Of a stretch of 64,000 nucleotides of DNA, positions 26,390 through 39,038 are shown piece after piece (position 1 is the first letter of the stretch; the number at the start of each line of letters is the position of its first letter). Below the pieces are notes generated by a model. The model was not told where the DNA came from. It did not search any database and saw nothing but the letters and a program-made list of their open reading frames with translations. A program made the translations under genes and the position numbers. This DNA is from Vermamoeba vermiformis (taxonomy: Eukaryota): positions 248,001 through 312,000 of the forward strand of contig JBEWZL010000098.1 of assembly GCA_045837725.1 (NCBI GenBank), written 5' to 3'.

Positions 26390-29300
26390 TTACAAAAATA
26401 CAATCTTAGGAACAATTTTCTCTTTGGCAAGAGGTTTGATATTCAAGTTCTGATATTTGAAGAATTTCATTGGCAGATCCACTAAAAACCCTTTGATTTC
26501 GGACGCATGAGCGTCATAGTCTTCTTTCTTAGCCTTATTTAATTCCTCTACTTGCTCCACAGTCAACAAATTATCGTGCATGACTGGCCAGATCTTCAAG
26601 TACGAGATTGTGTTGCTATGTGAAGTTTCGACCCACAACTTGAAGCACTCGTCGTTGCCTGCACAGAATTAGTATTACGTAGGGTACTAGCAACAAGTCG
26701 ATGCTTACAAGGATTTTTTAGCAGTTCGTCGGCTTCGGTTGTCAGTCCCAAGTAGTCACGCCACAGCCTCATGCGCAGATCTTGAATGAACGCACTGACC
26801 TTGTGACGTCTGCCGTCAATCATCATCTCGCGGTGACCTGCATTCTGCTCAATCACCACTGCAATCTCGGAGTCTCGTGTACCACGCTGTGCTGTTATTA
26901 GCTCTACGCTGCAACCGTATTATATAACATCGCTACGTACCATGCTGCGGTCGTTGATATTTGCCGAGCCAATGATGCACACACGATCGTCCACAATCAT
27001 CATTTTCGCGTGCACGTAGATTTGCTCGGTGACCGGCTTGTCTCCAAGTAAGGCGTGATTACGCAAGCAATTGAACGAGATGTATTGGTGCACTACATCT
27101 TCGGGGAATTCTTTCTTCAATCGGCCCAGGATCGAGTTACGACCACGTGATATGGTACGATATGTGTACTTCAAGATGTATTGTGTGGCTTCAGCTTGAA
27201 TGTCGCCTGAAGGGTACACTGGCAGTACGACAATCAAACGGAATTTCTCTTTGTTGATAATGGCACGTCGAACTCTGTTTGATTTCGTTAATATTAACGC
27301 CAAAGAATATAATAGTGGCAAAATTACCTGGCGTAGAGCTGTCGTGCAATCTTGTTTTTCGGAGTGTTTTGGTCAATGGACGAGATGAAGAACTGATTCT
27401 CGATGTAAATGAAGTGCTTGGCTGTTCTAATGTACGTCAAATATGCCTTATAAATAGAGCTCTCTTGCGGCACTCCACACGACCAATTGCTAACAGATCT
27501 GACAATAACTGTTAGACCACCCGTTGACACGTGTCATTGTTTAACTTACCTCACGACTTGACAATTGAGCTGCGAGTAGAAGTTAGTGTGCTCCAACTGA
27601 GACAAGAGCTGATTGCCTTTCTCTTTCTCAGACAAGGGGACCATGTGTCGCAGTCGCTTGCCCACGTAAGAGTTTTTCACGTGTGGAGGCATCGTCGACA
27701 TGGAAATGTTCCACCGTTCAATGAAATTAAAGGCCACGTCACGAGCTGCTATGCCCGAGACAGCCATATGAATGTCGTGCCAAGGCATGCGGTGTTGAGT
27801 AGTGCGGTCCAACAAACATTCTTTGGTGGGTCCATTGTTCTCACCGAACATGTTAATGTGCATGTAGTCGCGGCCAGGGTACAACGCGCCTTCAGGATCA
27901 GTCAATGTGTACGTGCTGTCCTCGTACCGACCGAAGCATAAATCAACTCCGCCGACGAATGCTGTCTCCTCATCAACGACAACTAGAAGAATACGTCAGA
28001 CTTGATATGAATGAAAATTAAAATAGGACGTACCAAACTTCTGATGATGAGTCCACAAGAGCGGCGTAATGAATGGGTGCTGAATGGCTGAAATGCGCTT
28101 GTGAAGTCCGTTCATGTACTTGGTGACGTACTGACTCTCCAATGACATGCCGCCAACAGCTGGGTTGCGCCAAATGAGAATATAGATTTTCACACCTTGA
28201 CGCGCCTTTTCTAACAAAAGATTATCGAGACGATACTTCTTGTCCAATGGCTGTGTGCGGATCAAGTACAGGCCCGGCGAGAAGTACCAATCAGCGATCA
28301 TAATTCTCTTTTTGGCTCGTTGAATGACGTGATAAACTGCCTTAAAGTACTCGCTGCCGTTGACAAACCATTGACCTTCCACGTTCTTTCTGAGCGGCGC
28401 AAATGAGCGGAATCGATTCACACCACGAATGTTAGCACGAATAATCTCGACCCACTTGTCACGCTCTTGACGGCTTGATGCCTTCAGCCTGCGATTCAAT
28501 TGAAATGCCTTGACAAACAGCTCTTTGCCGAATGAACTCTTGCGCACGGTGGCAGTGCTGAGTGACACGCTGTAAATGGGGTGTTTGTCGCCTTTGTTGC
28601 GATAATAAGCGAGAAATCCACCGCGCACTACGAAATATCTTCTGTTTTGACCCTTCTCGGGCATGCACTTGATTCTATTGGGATGAATTTTCTTCAGCCA
28701 GCCTTCAATCTCAGGTCGCAACAACTTTTTGTTCACGTGGGACTCGATTGGGTCAACGATTTTTGAGTGAATATAGTCGAACAAACTGGCGCAGCTGTAG
28801 AGTTCGTACACGTCAGTGGCACGACGCATGAACTGGGGCAACGAAAGCGTGGTGCCCATGCTCGGCAACATCTCTTCAGCGCTCTCACCACCCGAGGCCT
28901 CTTCAGTCGATTCAACATCGTTGCCATCACTATTATGAGAATCTGCTTCTGAATCACTCGTAGCATCATTGGGAATGACGGATGAACCGGCAATGTTGAG
29001 TGCTAAAAATTTCACGTGTCAATTGTTGCACCTTTAAAAAATAATTGCAAAGCTTACCATTGGGTTCTTCGACTTTTAGTCGCTCACGTGGGGTGGTCAA
29101 TTCATCAGCTTCAAAGTCCACAGCTGATTTCAAGTTAATGGCCTGAGCGGTCAGTGTTTTCAACGTGCCCATGGGAGTCATGGACGGTGTGGGTGACATG
29201 TGACCTTGTTCTTGTGGCCTCGTGATCTCTGTGCGCTCTGCCTCAGACAAAGAAGCAGAGAACGACTCTTCGTCGTCAATAGCCTCGTTCAATTGGTTCT

Positions 29301-31421
29301 CTTCTTCTGTAGGATCTTCATCGTGCTCTTGTTCTTCAACTTTGGGCTTGTGCTTCTCGCTGCGTCTCTTGATTTTGCTGGACTTTCTACGCTTCACAGG
29401 TCGCGCGTTGTTCTCATCGTCAGACAGATCTGAATTGTCATCCGTGTCATTGCTCACGTCATTGTCCGTGTCATTTTCATCTGACGACCACTCGCGATAA
29501 TACTTTTGCGTGTTCTTATTCTGGAAGATATTGGCACGCGTTTGTTGTTGCATTTGATTGTAGTACATGCGTCGTATAGTAATTGGCTCATCTTCTTGTG
29601 GTGGAGGTTCAACTTGTTTGGGTGTCTTTTTTCTAACGAATGACTTGAAAATGTTCTTTTTGTTCGGCATTGACCAGCGCAGGAAATTCCTTCCTTTTTT
29701 GGTCTCTTCTCCTTCGGGATGTTCCGCGTCTTCATGAATACGTTTCTTTTTAGTGAACTTGATCGATTGTGTTGGGACTGTCACAGTGTCGGGATTTGTC
29801 GTCGGAACGGCGGGTGAAGGCGGAATTTCAAATTTGACAGCAGACTTGTCGGGCAGTACTTCTTCGTGAATGCTAGCTCCTTTCAGTGTTACCGCCCGGT
29901 ACGGCCACTGACTTGGCCAGACTTCGGTGCCACAAAGCGGCCACAGGTGCATCTACGTCTGTTTCCCACTCACTGCTACTGTTAGAACAAGTCTTCCTGA
30001 TACAATATGATGCAATGACTTACTCTAACTTCAACAGTCTGCTGGCCTCTTTAGCTACTTTGCGTACGTTACTTGCGTCGATAGCTCCTTCGCGTTCCAG
30101 ATCAAACACGAGAAATGCAACTACAATAAACTGTTAGACATACGATATGAATGTGAATATACTTCTAGCATGTACCCAAAGCCTTCTCGCTTGTGGATCC
30201 GCGAGAAATGACTGACATTGCACGAGCAAACTTCTCAAAAGAAACCTTTCCTGTAGGCTGTTGCATGGCATCGAATGCGTGAAACATTGACAACTTGACT
30301 TGTTCATCTTGCATGTCAGGGAATAACGTGAAGAATGTCTCTGGCGTCAGTTCATTGTTCTCGAGCGCTGCTTTCTTGAAGGCTTTGAAGAGTTCAATGA
30401 GCTCTCGCGTGTCAACTAAAGATATTAATTAGTAACGCTCGATATCTTTTCAATATTGCCGTGTTATTGCTTACAATAAGTGCGACCACGAAGTTTTTGG
30501 ATGAGTTTTGCGGGGACCTCTTCGATTCCCGAAATTGTTAGTTTGTCTTCAATCAGTATGGAGATTGTTTTGTGCGCTTCGAATTCAGTGACAGGAGCGT
30601 CAGAATTATTATTTTTGATGCTTAGTCCGATGTTCTTGGGTACGTGGCAGTCGAAGCGAAACTACATCCGAATTAGTTATTACTTCGCGGAGACGTTGCT
30701 TGTCTTACTCTTTTAGTTGCTGCAGTTTCGAAATTTACTACAACCAGAGGATTGGCACCATATTTCTCAGCTACCATGCTGCACGATCGAGATCAATTTC
30801 CAGTCTGTGTAATTTTCATAGATTGCATTTACGGACCTGTACTGAATATCACCACGCACTCTAGCAAATAGTCCTCTTAACCTCGATGAGGTAGCTGTGA
30901 ACTGGACGGTTTCAAGGGGCTGGCGGTAAATTCGAGTATTAATAATTATTATGCGCGTGTAGGAAAAACAACAACAGACAGCACTTGCTAAATGACAATA
31001 GAAATAGCTTACGTTAATTTTTGGGGGCGGTTCCAAAGCCCATTTGCCTCGTCCTAACTTTTGCTTGCCTAAGATCAGTGTGCTGCTTGTTTCATTTTTA
31101 ATTTCAATCTGGTAATGTAATATTATTAATTAAAATATATTCTTATAATATTTTGTGACATACTGTTAACGTTAATTCGTGGCCTTCTGTTTCTACATCT
31201 TGTCTAATTATTTCTTTAGCAGGTTCTGCTTCCCCTGTTTGTCCCTGAGGCTGAATGTCTTCAATAATCTCCGTAGTATTGCCCAGTGTAGCAATAGTCG
31301 TGTTGCTTAGCGTGTTACATTCCGTTGTCTGATTTAGGGGAAGTGAATCCAAAGATGTCGCATCTTTTTCGACGTCAATCACAACTGACTTCAGCGGATC
31401 GATATCAATTGTGCGATTCAT
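26390..31421 (-). CDS. Phospholipase D (PLD1/2-type, two HKD motifs) with N-terminal beta-sandwich, EF-hand and PH domains
   Basis: WTHHQKFVVVDEETAFVGGVDLCFGRY, RMPWHDIH, HFIYIENQFFIS and IYVHAKMMIVDDRVCIIGSANINDRS; PH-like EGWLKK...RRYFVVRGGFLAYY; EF-hand exon at about 30170-30415. Confidence 0.93.
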
Positions 31422-33024
31422 GTGCGTATTACTATTTACAAAATTGTTGAAATGAAACAAAACGTTGCTGCAACACTATCTTCGCTGCCGATCAGTTTGA
31501 AATGCCGGGTGGAAGTCGCATAGATTCGAAAGAATAAGTGAGTAAATACTTCTAACACGCGACTATCTACATCTATTGACACTACCATACGTTTTTTAGG
31601 AAATTAAACATTAACAGACTCCGGCCATTTTTTTCCTTTCTTCTAGAAGCGCCAGCGCGGATGCGGCGAATTTCTCGTACGACAACTCATTACTCGGTGA
31701 CTATTATGTGAATGTAAGTGGCCGCACTGATAATCTATGCCGGCATTCTATTACAATCAAGCGTATCACAGTGTGGCCGTGCAATTTGATCACCGATGAC
31801 CAAGTCCCAAACGTCAAGCTTGGCAGTGTGCTTGCACAATCGAATTTTCACTGAAAAAAGATGTGGTAGTGCTCTATTGACAGCATTGAGCACAATAGCA
31901 TTGCTAAACTGGAACACGAGTGGACTACCACCGCACTCGAGCGATTTTTTTGCCACTTGGAAATTTGACTAGCAGGCAAGCCCGCGACATTGCACAGCAC
32001 ACATATGATGGAACTACCTCAGTGCTGCGACATGATTAGCTTATTATTACTGCAGCTGCGTTGAGTAAAAGAAGTACGGTGCCAACAACTTCACGTGAAA
32101 TAGTGACACGTGACTCAACCGACGCGAGTGCATACCTTGACTGGAGTCCGTGCTCAAGGCAGACTGGCATTGTCTATCCTTTGAAGTGTCGCCGAGCAGT
32201 ACTCCTTAGCATAGTAATTGAATGCGTTGATTAGTAAGTGTTATTTTTGCCCCAAACTTAAAATTATCTGCACGCGGATTTTAATGTTTGAAAAGTCGTA
32301 GGCAACCTCTTCGCCCGTTACCAATGCTCACTGCCAATAGTTTCATGGTGTTAAGTCACCGCAGCATCAATTCGCGAGCTCTATGCGAGGACAGCTCTTC
32401 TCTAATGGTTGCCAGCTGCAGTGCGCGGGCGAGTCTAGGCGCCACTTGGCCGGTGCTTGTTTATTGCTAGCGGATCTGCTAGCCCGTCGTCATCTGTCCA
32501 ACTCAAACAGGTGGCGTGGTTCTATGATTGTCACCGATGCACACGAGTAACAAGCCAATCATGATCTTAATACTCCAACAGCAAGGTATTCTAGTCTATC
32601 CTTATTCTTTACTAATCGTGAAATTTGTCGGTGTTCGGTGCGGACTTGATATCCCGTCCAACGAAATTACTGACATGCCTTACAAGGACAAATTAAATTA
32701 ATAGCTGCTATTTTCAGCGTGCGAAATATAAACATCGGAGCGAACAGCGAAGAGTTTTTCCATGTTTGCCAACGCGGGGTTTCGCGGTATACTTCTTCAT
32801 ACGAGCTGAGATTCGAGTGCTAAGGACCGTAAGTGTACCCTATATCTAACGTAATTAAAGTAGTACACGGCCAAAATAGAACTCAAAATTGTCTATAAAT
32901 AGGAGATTTAATTTGTGATCGATGCACGTGCTGGCAGGTATAAAGAAAATACGATATCGTCAATCTAATAGTACTTAAAAGTTCATTATAAAGGCCGTAT
33001 TGCGTGCAATATTAAATTTGCTCG

Positions 33025-35739
33025 ATGCGCGCGGTTAAATTCATACTGGCGATACTGCTAATTGCAGCGCTGTGTCACCACGTCAGATCTGAAACTATCA
33101 ACATTCTCCTGCGATCCTCTCAAGTGCCGTTAGTAAATATTCATATTCCTGGTTTTGAAGCTCTTACTGGCCACAATGTACGTATAATATTTCTCCGTGG
33201 TTGAAACGACGAATAAACTTTGCGTCTTCAGGTCAACTTAATTCCAATTGCGCTGTACAACGATCTTCGTGACCAACTTCTTGCAGATTTGAGAAAAGGC
33301 TCGCCGTTCTACGATGCTTTCATTTTTAACGGCCAACTGAAGAGCGAGCTCATTTTGTGTTCGGATTGCGATCCCGAACAACGACCTCTGATTGCACCAC
33401 TGACTGAACTGATCAGAAATGATCCAGCACTTCAATGGAATGATGTTGCAGTGTTTCAACGCACGACAAACAGCGCTTATGACGGCGACATTTATACTGT
33501 CCCTGTTGACGGAGGTGAGTCCGCGCAGACTTTCGTATCAAGATCAAGTAACTAATTCTTGCTAGACTTCCATTATATGTTCTATCGACAAGATTTTCTT
33601 GACAAGTTCGGATTTGATGTTCCGCAAACATGGTAATTTCATTAATAACTAAATATTTGCAATCGATACAATTTACCAAATTTAGTGCACGTGCTTATTT
33701 TGTCTATATATAGGGACGACGTTTTAGCCATCGCCAAGGCCACTAATGGCCAAGATTTGAACAATGACGGAATTCCAGACTTTGGCCTGTGTGCTGAGCG
33801 CAAGAATCGAACTGACTGGAACCCAACGCCTTATTTCTTCTGGTCCCTTGCCTCGCCCTACATCCAAAGCAATGGTACTAGTCAAGGCCTCTTCTTCGAT
33901 GTGCAGACCATGGACGTCATGATTAACAGCACTGGGTTCAGAGAGGCTGCCCAAATGTATCGTGATCTCGCCAACTACGGACCAGAAGAGAACGGCACGA
34001 CACTACGCTCTTACTGGCAAAACGGACGATGTGCTATTGCCATGGACTGGGCTGACATTGCTACAAAGTCACAACAGAACGTCTCCATTGTCGCCAATGT
34101 CACTGTCATGTCACTGCCGCCAGGCTCACGACGCGTGTTCAACAGAGAAACAAAACAAATGGAACAATGCACGAGCACACTGTGTCCACTGATGGATGCG
34201 AATGGAGTGAATCGTGCACCATTTGCAGCAACACTTGGATGGACAACAGCAGTGTCACGCTTCATTCCTGACTCGCGACGCCAAGCTGCATATAGCTTCC
34301 TCTCCTACGTCAGTCAGACCAATCACAGCATTCAGTCAGTGCTCATTGGCACGGGTTGGGACGTCGTGCGCGAGTCTCAAATGAACCCACAGTTGTTCTT
34401 GAGCCATGGGTGGAGCAATGTCACAGCGAACTCGCTGGCCTCGTCCGCTCGGGGCGCGCAGAACCATCTCAATGCCGTGGTGGATATGCCTCTCGAGAAG
34501 TGGTCCGAGTACTACAAAGTCTTTGGTACTTACATGAGCGCCTTCGTTCACGACGAAATCTCCCTGGATGATCTTCAAACACAGCTCACCGATGACTGGA
34601 ACGCTCTCATTGACAAGTACGGCCGACGAGAGCAACACACAGCCTATGCACTCTCTATTGGCGCACACAGACCCGTGTTCGATGAAGAAGTGACACTTCC
34701 TGACGCTCTTCGCATTGCATTCATTGTCATCTCTGGTGTGTGCATCTTGATGGCGCTAGCGCTGATCGTCTTTGTTGTGATTCACCGCGAGAAGAAAGTC
34801 ATTCGCGGCACGAGTCCAACATTCCACTACTCCACACTCGGAGGAGCAGTGCTCATCTTCTCGTCGGTGCTCTTGTTCTCCATTCCTCCCCCGACTTCTG
34901 GTCTGTGTGCTTCTTCGATGTGGTTGTTTGCTATTGGTTTTGGTTTCATCTACGGCAGCATATTTGTCAAGCTCTACAGACTGTGGCGATTGTCAGCAAA
35001 GAGCTTGTCCATCAAGCGCATTACTGACGCGCACTTGATGCCGTTCTTGGCTGGCATTCTCGTCATGTATCTCACTCTCTTGGTAGCCTGGACCATTGTC
35101 GATCCACCAGTTGCTTCACCATACAGAGAAAGTCTTGGACCTGATCAGTTCATGATGGTGTGTCAGACTGGCCATATCGGTCAAATTCTCTTCATTCTGA
35201 TCCTCGCGTGGTCTTGCATCATGTTGTTGGTCGGCATCATCTTGTCGTTCTTGACTCGCAACTTGGCTGAAGCTTACAACGAATCGCGTCCCGTGTCAAT
35301 GTCCGTGTACATTTACAGCTTCTCAGCAGTCATCTTGATTCCCATTCTGTTCGGTAAGTGAATGACACGTGTCACTTACGCTTTGCCCTAATAATTTTTA
35401 GTTGTTCCCAACGCACTGGTCGTATTCATCGCCACAGATGCCGTATTGGTATTCAGTACTGCAGTGACCTTGGTGGCTCTTTTCTTGAGCAAGATTGTAA
35501 AAATTAAGAAAGGTCTCGGCGACAAAGTCTCAACAGGCCGAAGTGGCTCGACGGCTGATCACAGCAGTCCCAACAGCTCAGCATTGCAACAAACCACCAG
35601 CATTCAAACTGACAACCCAAGAAGACGAGAACTTGAGCTTGAGAATCAGATGCTGCGCGAAAAGATCTCGGATCTGGAACGACAACTCTTATCTAAGCCT
35701 AAGCCTATCGCAAGCAGCTCATCTTCATCAAGCGATTAA
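33025..35739 (+). CDS. Class C-like (GABA-B/Grl-like) 7TM receptor with ABC-type solute-binding ectodomain, copy 1
   Basis: Signal peptide MRAVKFILAILLIAALC; SBP motifs IYTVPVDGDFHYMFYRQD, VPQTWDD, GRCAIAMDW; 7TM motifs HREKKVIRGTSPTF, GSIFVKLYRLWR and TRNLAEAYNESRPV; coiled-coil tail. Confidence 0.88.
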
Positions 35740-36115
35740 TTAATCTTGATGGTTTGGACTCTTTTGGAGATTGTATACTAAAAATAGGTAAAAAAATTAA
35801 TTAGCCAGACAAACATGATTTGATAAGCATCAAAACTTTTAGCGCCTATATCGTAAGTAAGTACCACAATCGGTTAGAAACGATGCTGAAGTATATTGTT
35901 CAGGCTCGGTGCAAAGTTCCCCGCCTTTACTAAATATGGAAACATTGGAATTTCAAATTGGTGTTTGGGAAAGTCGACGCTATTCTTCTTATTGGCTTAT
36001 CTTCACGCGGAGATTTAACGAATCAACAATGACACGTGAAAGTGTCAAACTTCAAAACCGAACACACTGCCGCTAATTTTCTTAATAGCGAAGAGTCACG
36101 ACCACCAAGCCCAAA

Positions 36116-38933
36116 ATGTTCAAGTCGAAGATTTGTATTATTTTATTTCTCCTGTCGCCCTGCATCCTTTTGGTGTGCGGAGAAAACATCAATATTTTGA
36201 TGATACGAGATCAACTCGATTTAGTGAATATTCATATACCTGGTTTTGAATTAATCACGGGACATAAGGTATGATGACTTGAAACGTTTCAAATTAGTTG
36301 GTCTGATTCAAATTTTTGACAGGTGAATTTGATTGATCTGACTTCTTACTCTGATTTAAGAGACCAAATATTAGCAGACCTAAGAAAAAACTCGCCGTTC
36401 TATGATGCGTTCATTTTTCCGGGCCAAATGAAGAGCGAGCTCATTTTGTGTTCAGATTGCGATCCAGAACAACGACCTCTGATTGCACCACTGACTGAAC
36501 TGATCAGAAATGATCCTGCACTTCAATGGAACGATGTTGCAGTGTTTCAACGCACGACAAATAGCGCCTATGACGGAGACATTTATACTGTCCCTGTTGA
36601 CGGAGGTGAGTCCGCGCAGACTTTCGGAGCAATATCCAGCAACTAACTTCTTTGCTAGACTTCCATTATATGTTCTATCGACAAGACGTTCTTGACAAGT
36701 TCGGGTTGGCCGTTCCGCAAACATGGTAATCCCTCAAATCGATATTTCCGTATTTTTAATTACTCGCAATCCCAAGAATATTTTTTGTGACACAAATGTT
36801 AATTCTCTTCCAACTAGGGACGATTTTATTGAAGTTGCAAGACAGCTTAATGGCAAAGATTTGAACAACGATGGTACTCCCGACTTTGGAGCTTGTGTCG
36901 AGCGGAAGAACGTTACCGGGTGGAACCCTGCCCCTTACTTCTTTTGGACTTTGGCATCGTCTTATCTACAAAGCAACGGCACTAGCCAAGGCATGTTCTT
37001 CGATGCCAAGTCCATGGACATAATGGTCAATACAACTGGATTTTTGGAAGCAGCACAAAAGTTCAAAGAATTGGCGCAGTACGGACCGGAAGAGGACGGC
37101 ACTTTTCTGCGCGCGGCCTTCGTCTCCGGTCGATGTGCATTGAGTATTGATTGGGGAGACATCGCCGCGAGATCTCAAGAGAATGTGTCAACTGTCGCCA
37201 ATGTGACAGGCATGTCGCTTGCGCCTGGTTCGCGAAACGTATTCAACAGAGAAACAAAGCAAATGGAACAATGTACGAGCACACTGTGTCCACTGATGGA
37301 TGCGAATGGAGTGAATCGTGCACCATTTGCAGCAACACTTGGATGGACAACAGCAGTGTCACGCTTCATTCCCGACTCGCGACGTCAAGCTGCCTATGAC
37401 TTCTTGTCGTACATCAGTCAACCTGCACAAAGCATCAAATCGGTACTGCGTGCATTGGGCTGGGATCTTGTACGCGAGTCACAAATGAATGCGGATCTGT
37501 TCTTGAATGTTGGCTTCAGCAACATCACGGCCACAACCTTTGTGAGTGCCAGCAAAGGTGCTCAAAATCATCTCAATGCCGTGGTGGACTTGCCACTGGA
37601 GCGATGGTCCGAGTACTATCAAACATTCGGTTCACGCTTGACTCAATACTTGCACGATGAAATTTCTCTCGAAGATCTTCAATCACAAACTGTAGCTGAA
37701 TGGAACGTGCTCCTCGATAAGTATGGCCGACGAGAGCAACACACTGCCTACGCGCTCTCTATTGGCGCACACAGACCCGTGTTCGATGAAGAAGTGACAC
37801 TTCCTGACGCTCTTCGCATTGCTTTTCTCGCTATATCTGGCTTCTGCATCTTGATTGCTCTTGGCCTCATTGTTTACATCGTGATTCACAGACACAAAAA
37901 GGTACGTGGGTGATACGGTCTAACTTTCACTTGAGTTTGACACGAGTGATTTACAGATCATTCGTGGCACGAGTCCAACATTCCACTACACCACACTCGG
38001 AGGAGCAGTGCTCATCTTCTTGTCAGTGCTCTTGTTCTCCATTCCCACCGTAACTTCGGAGTTGTGCGTTTCGTCCATGTGGTCGTTCGCTGTAAGTGCA
38101 CCGGATCAAAAGGCACTTCTTCATACTAATTCCCACGATAACAGCTCGGTTTTGGCTTCATCTACGGCAGCATATTCGTCAAGCTCTACAGATTGTGGAG
38201 ACTTTCAACGAAGAGTCTCGTTATCAAAAAGATCACCGATGCTCATTTGATGCCGTTCTTGGGTGGAATTCTCGTCGTGTACATTGCAGTTCTGATTGCA
38301 TGGACCATTGTCGATCCACCAGTTGCTTCACCATACAGAGAGAGTCTTGGACCTGATCAATTCATGATGGTGTGTCAGACTGGATCGACAGGCATCATCT
38401 TGTTTGGCATCATTCTTGGCTGGTCGTGCTGTTTGTTGTTGGTCGGCATCATCTTGTCGTTCTTGACTCGCAACTTGGCTGAAGCTTACAACGAATCGCG
38501 TCCCGTGTCAATGTCCGTGTACATTTACAGCTTCTCAGCAGTCATCTTGATTCCCATTCTGTTCAGTAAGTCACCCTTTCATTTGACACGTGTCAAATCA
38601 TTCATTTGACTGACTTCTTTTGCCTCAGCTGTGCCCAATGCACTGGTGGTGTTCATTGTGACCGACGCAGTGCTCGTGTTCAGCACATTGGTGACACTGA
38701 TCGCCTTGTACTTGACCAAGATTGTCCGCATTCAAAAGGGCCTTGGAGACAAAGTGTCAATCGGTCGAAGTGGCTCCACTGCTGGCAGTACTCCTCCCAA
38801 TACCTCCGTCCTCGAAAAGATGCCCGCTTCGCAAGCACCAGATCCAATCCGAAAACTCGAGCTCGAGAATGATCTCCTACGCGAACGAATCAAAGACCTG
38901 GAAAATCAACTCCGAGCACGGCCAATGTTCTGA
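36116..38933 (+). CDS. Class C-like 7TM receptor with solute-binding ectodomain, copy 2
   Basis: Collinear paralog of copy 1 with signal peptide MFKSKICIILFLL; two additional introns (37902-37956, 38092-38144). Confidence 0.88.
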
Positions 38934-39038
38934 AAAGACTTTGCAAAACTGTATTTTTAATTATTTTTAAACATCTTCACAACTCGGTCCAATCTATGGA
39001 TGCTCGTAAATGATTCGAAACTCTTGATATTTTATTGT

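Noticed and set aside
32675-32700. ATGCCTTACAAGG, similar to the start of U12 snRNA
   Set aside because: It lacks the branch-point-pairing loop, downstream stems and Sm site.
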